From assembly GCA_044870155.1 (NCBI GenBank), contig JBIOYN010000289.1, positions 1 through 52,004 of the forward strand: 52,004 nucleotides of DNA. The letters are read 5' to 3'. The position numbers were made by a program, and so were the translations under genes. The notes under the pieces were generated by a model that was given only the letters and a program-made list of their open reading frames with translations, searched no databases and was not told where the DNA came from. This DNA comes from Acidimicrobiia bacterium (GTDB taxonomy: Bacteria > Actinomycetota > Acidimicrobiia > IMCC26256 > BP-133). Shown in pieces: positions 36,766 to 44,396 of the stretch (position 1 is the stretch's first letter; the number at the start of each line of letters is the position of its first letter).

Positions 36766-38996
36766 GCCTCCGAGAACTTCCAGCCGGTCGCCAGCAGCTC
36801 CCCCATGGCCTCGCTCGGGACGGGACGGGCGAAGAGGTAGCCCTGACCGAAGTCGCAGTTGAGGCGGCGGAGCTCCGCCAGCTGCTCCGTGGTCTCGATA
36901 CCCTCCGCCACCGTCCGGAGGTCGAGTGTGTCCGCCAGCCGGATGATGGCGTGCGCCAGGGCGGCATCCTCGGGACCGCCGGCGAGGGTGCCGACGAACG
37001 CCTTGTCGATCTTGAGCACGTCGACGGGGAACCGTCGCAGATAGCTGAGCGACGAGTATCCGGTTCCGAAGTCGTCGATCGCCAGGCGAATCCCCAGCTG
37101 TTTGAGGATGTGCAGCTGCTCCACCACCCGGCCCGGCTCCTCCATGAGCGCACTCTCGGTGATCTCGAGGACGAGACGCCTCGGGTCCAGTCCCGAGCTG
37201 GACAGGGCAGCTTCGACGTGTCGGCGAAGATCGGGGTCCTCCAGCTGGCGGGCGGAGAGGTTGACGCTCAGGTGGGGCGCGGGTGAGAGCCCGTGCTCGC
37301 GCTGCCACTTGACGAGCTGGCTGCACGTTTCGTCCAGGACCCAGCGTCCTATCGCCGTGATGGCACCGGTCTCCTCGGCGACGGGGATGAAGGCGGCCGG
37401 GGAGACCAGGCCGTGCCCGGGCCGGTTCCAGCGAACCAGTGCCTCCATTCCGGTCAGTCCCCCGTCGGCGAGGCGGATCACCGGCTGGTAGTAGAGGACG
37501 AACTCGCCGGCCGCCAGCGCCCGGCTGAGGTCCGCTTCCAGCTCCAGGCGTTCCAGGGCGGCGGTGTGCATGGCGCCTTCGAAGACGGCCTGACCGCCCT
37601 TCCCCTGGCGTTTGGCGATGTACATGGCCAGGTCGGCGTCGCGCAGCAGCTCCTCGGCGGCCCGTCCGTGGCTGCCGGTGGCGATGCCGATGCTGGCCCG
37701 GGCCAGAATCTCCCGGCCCCCGACGGCGAAGGGCACGGCCAGCTCCCGACCCAGGCGCTCGGCGATCCCCGTCGCCACCTCCGCGCCCGTGTCCTCCAGG
37801 AGCACAGCGAACTCGTCGCCTCCGATGCGGGCGATGGTGTCGGCAGGTCGGATGGAACCTCGCAGGCGCTCGGCCACGGCCACCAGCAGCTTGTCTCCCG
37901 CGGAGTGGCCGAGGCTGTCGTTCACCCTCTTGAATCCGTCGAGGTCGAGGAACAGCACCGTCATGGGAGAAGCGCTGCGCGCGCTCCGGTCCAGGGCATG
38001 GGTCATCCGGTCCAGGAGCAGGGTGCGGTTGGCCAGCCCGGTCAGCGGATCGTGCAGGGCCTGGTTGACGAGCTGGGCCTCCAGGCGCTTGCGCTCCGAG
38101 ATGTCGTGGACGAAGGCGCTGAAGGCGTAGGTCGATCCCACCTGGGTCGCCCACACGGAGAGCTCCACCGGAAACTCCCGCTCGTCGCGGTCGAGGGCGC
38201 ACAGCTCCAGCCGCTGGCCGAGGATGGCCGTCTTCCGGGTGTCGAGAAATCGCCGGAGTCCGCGGCGGTGCGATGAGCGGAACCTGACGGGGATGATCAG
38301 CTCGGCCACCGGCTTTCCCAGGGCCTCCTCCCGGGACCAGCCGAAGGCGGTCTCGGCCTGCCGGTTCCACTCCGTGACCAGACCGGCGTCGTCCATCCCG
38401 ATGAAGGCGTCCCCCGCCGTCTCGATGACCGCCCTCAGCCGTTCCTCGCTGCCGCGCAGGGCGTCCTCCGCCCGCCTCCGCTCCACCACCCGGCTCAGCT
38501 GGGTGCCCAGGTGGGTGGCCAGCTCGAGGAGCGGTTCGTCGGGCTCGAGCCGTTCGAGGGTGAAGAACTCCAGGACGGCGACGACCTCGTTTCCGAGGAG
38601 GACGGGGAACCCCAGGGCGGCCCTGATCCCTGCCTGACGGGCTGCCTCGATGCGGGGGAAGTTGCCGTCGGCGGTGACGTCGGGCACCCACGCCGGCTCC
38701 CCCGACGCCGCCACCCGCCCGGGGAGACCCTCGCCCACCGCCATCGCCGTCTCGTCGGTCGCTTCCCGGAAGCCGCGGAGGCGGTCGTCGTCCGCCAGGT
38801 GCCAGAGCGGTGCTGGCAGCAGCATCCCGTCGCCGGCCGGGAAGTAGACGTGCCCGACGGCCCACCCGGTGTAGGCGCACACGTGGTCGAGCGTTCGCTG
38901 GAGCGCCTCCTCCACCGTCCCGGCCTCGTTGGCGGCCACTGCGATGGCGTTGAGGAGCTGCAGAAAGGCCTGTTCCCGGCGTACGGGCTTCGACAT
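36723..38996 (-). CDS. GAF-PAS-GGDEF-EAL signalling protein
   Basis: N-terminal GAF (GWAVGHVYF...GLPGRVAASGEPAWV) and PAS (IETAGDAFIGMDDAGLVTEWNRQAE). Intact RIGGDEF with I-site RPAD. EAL-domain motifs MEALVRW, NLSARQL, EITES, DDFGTGYSSL, KIDKAF, EGIE, QGY. Confidence 0.9.
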   Translation of the reverse strand: MSKPVRREQAFLQLLNAIAVAANEAGTVEEALQRTLDHVCAYTGWAVGHVYFPAGDGMLLPAPLWHLADDDRLRGFREATDETAMAVGEGLPGRVAASGEPAWVPDVTADGNFPRIEAARQAGIRAALGFPVLLGNEVVAVLEFFTLERLEPDEPLLELATHLGTQLSRVVERRRAEDALRGSEERLRAVIETAGDAFIGMDDAGLVTEWNRQAETAFGWSREEALGKPVAELIIPVRFRSSHRRGLRRFLDTRKTAILGQRLELCALDRDEREFPVELSVWATQVGSTYAFSAFVHDISERKRLEAQLVNQALHDPLTGLANRTLLLDRMTHALDRSARSASPMTVLFLDLDGFKRVNDSLGHSAGDKLLVAVAERLRGSIRPADTIARIGGDEFAVLLEDTGAEVATGIAERLGRELAVPFAVGGREILARASIGIATGSHGRAAEELLRDADLAMYIAKRQGKGGQAVFEGAMHTAALERLELEADLSRALAAGEFVLYYQPVIRLADGGLTGMEALVRWNRPGHGLVSPAAFIPVAEETGAITAIGRWVLDETCSQLVKWQREHGLSPAPHLSVNLSARQLEDPDLRRHVEAALSSSGLDPRRLVLEITESALMEEPGRVVEQLHILKQLGIRLAIDDFGTGYSSLSYLRRFPVDVLKIDKAFVGTLAGGPEDAALAHAIIRLADTLDLRTVAEGIETTEQLAELRRLNCDFGQGYLFARPVPSEAMGELLATGWKFSEAQAAGPASTRSSTP

Positions 38997-39046
38997 CAGG
39001 CGCCTCCACCGGAGACGAGGCCGGCGATTGCGATGCTACCCATGAA

Positions 39047-39448
39047 TCAGAGACGGGCCCGGGAGGACTCCGCCGCCAGACCCGCCGCCGCCAGCAGCAG
39101 CAGCACCAGACCGGGGACGGCCAGCCAGCGGCTGAACACGCCGAAGAAGGCGATGATCGCCGCCCCTCCCCCCATGACCACCGGCCACGGGCTGCGGGTG
39201 GGGAACACCCCGACCTCGCCGGCCCCCTCGGCCGGGGTGGCCTCCGGGTCGTCCTCGGGCCGGCCGCCCGTCCGCCGGGCCTGGAGGAACAGGTAGGCGC
39301 CGAGGAACAGGAGCGCCATGACGGTGGCCAGGAGGGCGATGGCCCCGCCGTGCTCGTGCGCCGCCATCCAGTAGATCGCCGTCCAGGGGGCCAGGAACAC
39401 CCCCAGCCCCAGCATGACGACCGCCGCCGACTTCACGCCGCCCCGCAT
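39047..39448 (-). CDS. ctaF: cytochrome c oxidase subunit 4 (actinobacterial CtaF)
   Basis: 133 aa with 4 TM helices. The central RPEDDPEA...GAGEVGVFPTRSPWP matches the RPED...GE.GFF...S.WP signature of CtaF as I remember it from mycobacterial CtaF. Confidence 0.8.
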   Translation of the reverse strand: MRGGVKSAAVVMLGLGVFLAPWTAIYWMAAHEHGGAIALLATVMALLFLGAYLFLQARRTGGRPEDDPEATPAEGAGEVGVFPTRSPWPVVMGGGAAIIAFFGVFSRWLAVPGLVLLLLAAAGLAAESSRARL

Positions 39449-39451
39449 TCT

Positions 39452-39489
39452 GTGAGGTTTCTGCCAGCAATTGCTGGCAAAAGCCTCAC
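39452..39489. promoter_or_regulatory. 38-nt palindrome with a perfect 18-bp core TGCCAGCAATTGCTGGCA, between ctaD and ctaF
   Basis: Read directly: GTGAGG-TTTC-TGCCAGCAATTGCTGGCA-AAAG-CCTCAC. The outer 6-bp arms are also complementary. It ends 3 nt upstream of the ctaF ATG on the minus-strand mRNA. Confidence 0.5.
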
Positions 39490-39509
39490 GAGTTCCGGTG
39501 GCATGCCCG

Positions 39510-41135
39510 TCACCCTCCGTCCTGGGGGGCGTGGCGGGCGTCGAAGGCGGGGCGCTCGGAGCGGATGGGCGGGAGCTCGACGAAGTTGAGGGGGGGCGGG
39601 GGCGAGGTGGTGGCCCACTCCAGGGAGTAGCCGCCCCAGGGGTCGGCGCCGGCCGGCGCGCCCCGGCGGCGGGACCGGGCCACGTTCACCAGGAAGAGCA
39701 CGATGGCGAGGACGGACAGGACGTGGCCCAGGCTGGAGAACAGGTTCAGGTCCTCGAAGCCCTGGCCCCTCGGATAGTCGGCGATGCGCCGGGGCATCCC
39801 CCGCAGGCCGAGCAGGTGCTGGGGGAAGAAGGTGAGGTTGAACCCGGCGAACATGAGCCAGAACTGGGCCTTGCCCAACCCTTCGGACAGCCGGTGGCCG
39901 GTGAACTTCGGGTACCAGAAGAACAGGCCGGCGAAGAGGCCGAACAGGGCGGAGCCGAAGAGCACGTAGTGCATGTGGGCGACCACGAAGTACGTGTCGT
40001 GGACGTGGACGTCGAAGGGGACGGCGGCCAGCATCGGCCCGGTCAGGCCGCCGACCAGGAACACGACGAGGAAGCCGGTGGCGTAGAGCATGGGGGTGTC
40101 GAAGCGCAGGCGTCCGCCCCACATGGTGGCGACCCAGCCGAAGATCTTCACCCCGGTGGGGACGGCGATGAGCATGGTCGTCCCGGCGAAGAACGGGTTG
40201 TTGACGGCGAAGGTGGCGAACATGTGGTGGCCCCAGGTCGTCACCGAGTAGGCGCCGATGGCGAGGGTGCCGAGCACGAAGGCCTTGTAGCCGAAGAGGG
40301 GCTTGCGGGAGAAGACGGGGATGACCTCGGTGACCACGCCGAAGTAGGGCAGGGCCACGATGTAGACCTCGGGATGGCCGAAGAACCAGAACAGGTGCTG
40401 CCACAGGATGGGCATGGGCTCGCCGGCGCGGGCCTCGAAGAAGTGGGTCCCGAGGCGCCGGTCGGTGAAGAGCATGGCCAGGGCGCCGGTCACCACCGGG
40501 AAGGCGAGCAGGATGAGCAGGCTCACCACCACCATGTTCCAGGTGAAGATGGGCATGCGGAACAGGGTCATGCCCGGCGCCCGCAGTCCGATCACGGTGG
40601 TGACCAGGTTGACGGCGGTGAGCACGCTGGCCACCCCCGTGAGCATGAGGCCGGTGATCCACAGGTCGCCGCCCACGCCGGCGGAGTAGACGCTGTTGGA
40701 CTCGGGGGCGTAAGCCGTCCAGCCGAAGTCGGCGGCGCCGCCGGCGGTGAGGAACCCGGAGAGCATCACCACACCGCCGCCGACGAAGAGCCAGTAGGAC
40801 AGGGCGTTGAGGCGGGGGAAGGCCATGTCGGGGGCGCCCACCTGGAGGGGCACCAGGTAGTTGGCCAGGCCGGCGGCCATGGGCACGGCGAAGAGGAACA
40901 TCATGATGCTGCCGTGCATCGTGAAGAACTCGTTGTAGCGCTGGGCGGAGAGGACCTGCGTCCCGGGCTCGGCCAGCTCGGCCCGCATGAAGCTGGCCAG
41001 GATGCCGCCGGCCAGGAAGAAGCCGAAGGCGGTGACCATGTAGAGGATGCCGATCCGCTTGTGGTCGGCGGTGGAGAACCACTCCACGAGCGGTGCTGGG
41101 CGCGCTTCGACCTCGGCAACACCCGCGATTGCCAT
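39510..41135 (-). CDS. ctaD: cytochrome c oxidase subunit I
   Basis: 541 aa. Canonical heme-copper oxidase subunit I sequence (WFFGHPEVYI, HHMF, VVAHMHYVLFG). Confidence 0.95.
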   Translation of the reverse strand: MAIAGVAEVEARPAPLVEWFSTADHKRIGILYMVTAFGFFLAGGILASFMRAELAEPGTQVLSAQRYNEFFTMHGSIMMFLFAVPMAAGLANYLVPLQVGAPDMAFPRLNALSYWLFVGGGVVMLSGFLTAGGAADFGWTAYAPESNSVYSAGVGGDLWITGLMLTGVASVLTAVNLVTTVIGLRAPGMTLFRMPIFTWNMVVVSLLILLAFPVVTGALAMLFTDRRLGTHFFEARAGEPMPILWQHLFWFFGHPEVYIVALPYFGVVTEVIPVFSRKPLFGYKAFVLGTLAIGAYSVTTWGHHMFATFAVNNPFFAGTTMLIAVPTGVKIFGWVATMWGGRLRFDTPMLYATGFLVVFLVGGLTGPMLAAVPFDVHVHDTYFVVAHMHYVLFGSALFGLFAGLFFWYPKFTGHRLSEGLGKAQFWLMFAGFNLTFFPQHLLGLRGMPRRIADYPRGQGFEDLNLFSSLGHVLSVLAIVLFLVNVARSRRRGAPAGADPWGGYSLEWATTSPPPPLNFVELPPIRSERPAFDARHAPQDGG

Positions 41136-41199
41136 TGGCCGCTGAACTACCCGGGCCCAGCCGCCGTCAACCAGATAGCAGCCACCGCCAAGCAGTGAG

Positions 41200-41430
41200 T
41201 CAGCGGCCGGCCGGCTCCAACGGGGACTCGAGGCTGGCGAAGGCGTCGACCACCTCGCCCAGCAGGTGGCGGCGCAAGCGGGCGAACAGCAGCGCCTGCT
41301 CGTCCGGTGAGGTGGCGGCCAGCAGTCTTCCCAGATCGCTGGTCTCGGGGATGGAGAGCTCCACCTCGGATTCCCCCGAGCTCCAGCCGTACAGCCTGAC
41401 CGTCACCTCAACCGGCGGTGTAACCCCCAC
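41200..41430 (-). CDS. hypothetical 76-aa protein downstream of the APH-fold kinase
   Basis: High GC3. GTG start without a clear RBS. No recognisable motif. Confidence 0.35.
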   Translation of the reverse strand: MGVTPPVEVTVRLYGWSSGESEVELSIPETSDLGRLLAATSPDEQALLFARLRRHLLGEVVDAFASLESPLEPAGR

Positions 41431-41505
41431 GGTTTCGACGATATTCGCAGCAACCTGAAAGCTCGGTGAGAATCCTTCAGGTGTTGCCCGGGGTTCGCCC
41501 TGCGG

Positions 41506-42528
41506 TCACCCGGGGGGCACCGGGAGTTCCCCCGACATCCACTCCTCGCACTGTTCCAGCCACGCCGGGGCGAAGCTCGGATCGGCCACCGGCTTCACCA
41601 CCAGCTTGTAGTAGAGGATCTCGAGGAAGGTGCGGGCCAGGTAGGCCGGGAGCAGCTCCACCCCGCGGCCGGCGGTGCCGTACCCGGCGAGGAAGGCCTG
41701 GTTCCACGGCGCGATGCGCTCGAAGGAGCCCGTGCGCACCCACGACATGGTCAGGCACTGGCCAAGGAAGTGGGCCAGGTCCCGGGCCGGGGGGGCGAGG
41801 GCATGACGGTCGAAGTCGATGACCGTCGTCCGCCGGCTGCCGACGTAGATGTTCTTGGGCTGGTAGTCGCCGTGGGTGATGACCAGGGAAGAGCCACCGG
41901 CGACCTCCAGGGCGGAGGCGGCGGCCTCGGCCACCGCCGAGACGCGCCCGGCCAGGTTGGGATGGGCGTCGGCCAGGGCGGAGGCGTAGCTCGTGAGCTT
42001 GTCCGTCTCGAAGCGGGACGGCAGCGGCCCGGTCGCCGACCCGGGGGCGGCGGCGTGGAGCTTGGCCAGCCAACGACCGGCGGCGCGGACCCGGGAGATG
42101 CCCCCTTCGGGGGCGGGAAGGTGGTCGTAGAGCGGATGCCCGCCGGCCCGGCCCTGGAGGAGGACCTTGGTCTCCGGGATCCAGGCGATCGGCTCGGTGA
42201 TGCACAGCGGATGGTCGTCGGAGAAGCCCCGGGCCCACAGGTGGCGCATGAGCTCGAACGTGCCCGCCCCGCCACCCCGGTAGTAGGCCTTGCCGATGAC
42301 GATCTTGAGCACGGACGTCGTGCTTCCGGTGTCCTCGTAGCTCACCCGGTAGCTGACCACCGGGCGGTGGCGCGACGCCTGGAGGACCCGGCCGTCGCAG
42401 CCGGTGAGTCGCAACCCCTCGCCGGCTACGGCCGCCAGGACCTCGGTGACGTCGCCGGCCTCCACCGGGGCGCCGTCCCCCAGCCGATCGGGCCCGCGTG
42501 ACGCAGATTTGTTGACCGCCATCCCCAT
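41506..42528 (-). CDS. APH/CotS-fold phosphotransferase, catalytic motifs intact (K0)
   Basis: 340 aa from ATG at 42528 (or 42522). Beta3 Lys in VLKIV. Brenner motif THGDYQPKNIYV (HxDxxxxN) and metal-binding VIDFD. The upstream 99 codons of the listed ORF run into the divergent gene and are rejected. Confidence 0.8.
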   Translation of the reverse strand: MGMAVNKSASRGPDRLGDGAPVEAGDVTEVLAAVAGEGLRLTGCDGRVLQASRHRPVVSYRVSYEDTGSTTSVLKIVIGKAYYRGGGAGTFELMRHLWARGFSDDHPLCITEPIAWIPETKVLLQGRAGGHPLYDHLPAPEGGISRVRAAGRWLAKLHAAAPGSATGPLPSRFETDKLTSYASALADAHPNLAGRVSAVAEAAASALEVAGGSSLVITHGDYQPKNIYVGSRRTTVIDFDRHALAPPARDLAHFLGQCLTMSWVRTGSFERIAPWNQAFLAGYGTAGRGVELLPAYLARTFLEILYYKLVVKPVADPSFAPAWLEQCEEWMSGELPVPPG

Positions 42529-42623
42529 CCCCGAAACCGTTGAGAAACCTGCGGGCCCCCACCACTTGTCTCTCTTGGCCCGCCCAGTTTGAATCAGCGG
42601 GGCGAAATGGGTCAAGTGCGGCT

Positions 42624-42641
42624 TTTGTCGGGATTTGTCGG
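42624..42641. promoter_or_regulatory. direct repeat TTTGTCGG-GA-TTTGTCGG (10-bp phasing) in the divergent K0/sulfotransferase intergenic region
   Basis: Read directly. It lies in a 133-nt spacer of lower GC than the flanks. Confidence 0.25.
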
Positions 42642-42661
42642 AAAAGCGGCAGGAGTGGGCG

Positions 42662-43270
42662 GTGGCCGAAGAGAATGTCTCCGTGGGGACGCAGCCGACG
42701 ATCGGGGATGAGATCGCGGTGGTCGCCGGGCTGCCGCGCTGTGGCACCTCGATGATGATGCGCATGCTGGAGGCGGGCGGCCTCCCCGTCCTGGTGGACG
42801 GCGTGCGCCGGCCCGACGAGGACAACCCCCGCGGCTACTACGAGTTCGAGCGGGTCAAGCAGCTCAAGGTGGACAAAGCCTGGCTGCCCGAGGCCCGGGG
42901 CCGGGTGGTGAAGATGGTCTCCGCGCTGCTGCCCGAGTTGCCGGGGGGCCACCACTACCGGGTCGTGTTCATGGAACGGGACATGGCCGAGATGCTGGCG
43001 TCCCAGCAGGCCATGCTGGCCCGCCAGGGTGAAGCCCCTGACGACCGGCCGGTGGAGCAACAGGTGGCCGCCTTCTCGGGCCACGTCGCCTCGCTCTTCG
43101 CCTGGCTCGACCGCCAGCCCAACTTCGCCGTGCTCCGGGTCAGCTACAACGAGATGCTGGACGACCCCCGGAGCCAGATCGACCGGGTGAACGGGTTCCT
43201 GGGGGGGACGCTCGACACCGCCGCCATGGTCGCCGTCGTCGACCACGCCCTCTACCGGCAGCGGGCATGA
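42662..43270 (+). CDS. PAPS-dependent sulfotransferase family protein
   Basis: 5'-PSB loop GLPRCGTSMMMRML and a 3'-PB-like FMERDMAEMLAS. I chose GTG at 42662 because GGAG lies 6 nt upstream; the listed start at 42635 is a TTG without an RBS. The stop overlaps the next start (ATGA). Confidence 0.8.
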   Translation: MAEENVSVGTQPTIGDEIAVVAGLPRCGTSMMMRMLEAGGLPVLVDGVRRPDEDNPRGYYEFERVKQLKVDKAWLPEARGRVVKMVSALLPELPGGHHYRVVFMERDMAEMLASQQAMLARQGEAPDDRPVEQQVAAFSGHVASLFAWLDRQPNFAVLRVSYNEMLDDPRSQIDRVNGFLGGTLDTAAMVAVVDHALYRQRA

Positions 43271-44343
43271 CGGGCGGCGCCGGCGGGCCTCCGCTCCCCC
43301 GGCGCCGGGACCGGGCCGTCCTGGCCGTCGATGGCGTGGCCCGGGTCTGGGACCTGGGGCGCTGGGAGGACTGGCGCCGCACGCCCAAGGGCTCCACCAA
43401 CACGTCGTACTTCGTCACCACCGACCGGGATCGTTTCGTGGTGCGGGTCTCCAACCCCCGCAAGACCGAGGCGGGCATGGACCAGGAGGTGGCGCTGCTC
43501 GAGCATCTGCGGGCCCGGGGCTACCCGGCGCCGGCCGTCGTCCCCACGCGGACGGGCGAGCCCTGGGCGCTCGTCGACGGCGCCCTGTGCCTGGTGACCA
43601 AGCGGATCCCCGGGGCCTTCGGCGACCTGGCCGATCCCTGGCACCTGGCCGAGTCGGCCCGGGCCCTGGCCCGCTTCCACCGGGAGGGCCGTGACCTGCC
43701 CGAGGGGGCCCGGCCGGCGCTGGGCTCGGAGATGGGGCTCCTGGCCGGGGGGCATGGACTCGTCCAGCGGGCGGGCGAGCTCGTCGCCAAGCTCACCGGG
43801 GTCGAGAGCCGGGATCGCTTCGCCCGGGCGTGGGAGGTGATCGAGCCCCGCTTCGCCGCCGCCGGCCCCTTGCTCTCGGCCGACGGCGAGCTGCCCCGCA
43901 TGGTCACCCACGGCTCGCTCGGCGTCTCCGCCGTGCTGTTCGAGGGGACCCGGCTCACCGGCGTCCTCGACTACGAGCGGGCCGCCCACGAGGTTCGGGC
44001 CCTCGACGTCGCCTACACCCTGCGGGCCCTCACCCGGCGTCCCAAGGAGGACACCGGGGCCTTCGACCTCCCACGTCTCCGCACGTTCATGGTGGCTTAC
44101 CAGAATGAGGAGCCCCTCGCCCCCGGTGAAGCCGAGCGGCTGGCCCAGGTCATGCGGGCTCAGCGCCTGCTCAAGGTGGCGGGCAAGGCGGGCAACCTCG
44201 TGGCCAAGCACACCGTCGTGGCCCAGGAGGAGAAGGACGCCCTGAAGCTGATCGAGACCCTCGAGCTCGAGGTGCCCAGGCTGGCCTGGCTCGAGGATCA
44301 CGAAGCCGAGCTCCTCGACGCCTGCGCCGGCCACGTCGTCTGA
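43267..44343 (+). CDS. APH/homoserine-kinase-II-fold protein with degenerate catalytic loop (P1: HGS, beta3 Arg)
   Basis: The fold is recognisable (LEHLRARGYPAP, VLDYERA, RALDVAYTL). HxDxxxxN is replaced by THGSLGVSA and the beta3 Lys by Arg (FVVRVS). Confidence 0.8.
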   Translation: MTGGAGGPPLPRRRDRAVLAVDGVARVWDLGRWEDWRRTPKGSTNTSYFVTTDRDRFVVRVSNPRKTEAGMDQEVALLEHLRARGYPAPAVVPTRTGEPWALVDGALCLVTKRIPGAFGDLADPWHLAESARALARFHREGRDLPEGARPALGSEMGLLAGGHGLVQRAGELVAKLTGVESRDRFARAWEVIEPRFAAAGPLLSADGELPRMVTHGSLGVSAVLFEGTRLTGVLDYERAAHEVRALDVAYTLRALTRRPKEDTGAFDLPRLRTFMVAYQNEEPLAPGEAERLAQVMRAQRLLKVAGKAGNLVAKHTVVAQEEKDALKLIETLELEVPRLAWLEDHEAELLDACAGHVV

Positions 44344-44347
44344 CCCT

Positions 44348-44384
44348 GCGTTCCTGCCGGGCGACGGGTGCCCGTCAGGAACGC
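44348..44384. terminator. 37-nt hairpin between convergent genes (copy A of a repeated element)
   Basis: GCGTTCCTGCCGGGC-gacgggt-GCCCGTCAGGAACGC: a 15-bp stem with one mismatch. It sits 4 nt after the P1 stop and 12 nt after the sulfatase-like stop. The same arms recur at 51068-51104. Confidence 0.55.
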
Positions 44385-44396
44385 CGGACCGGCAGG

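Noticed and set aside
35038-39009. 1323-aa ORF on the minus strand, the longest in the track
   Set aside because: The translation is Arg/Gly/Pro-rich low-complexity sequence. It is antisense to qcrB and out of frame with the well-supported GAF-PAS-GGDEF-EAL gene (36723..38996). This is a typical stop-codon-poor artefact of DNA at about 70% GC.
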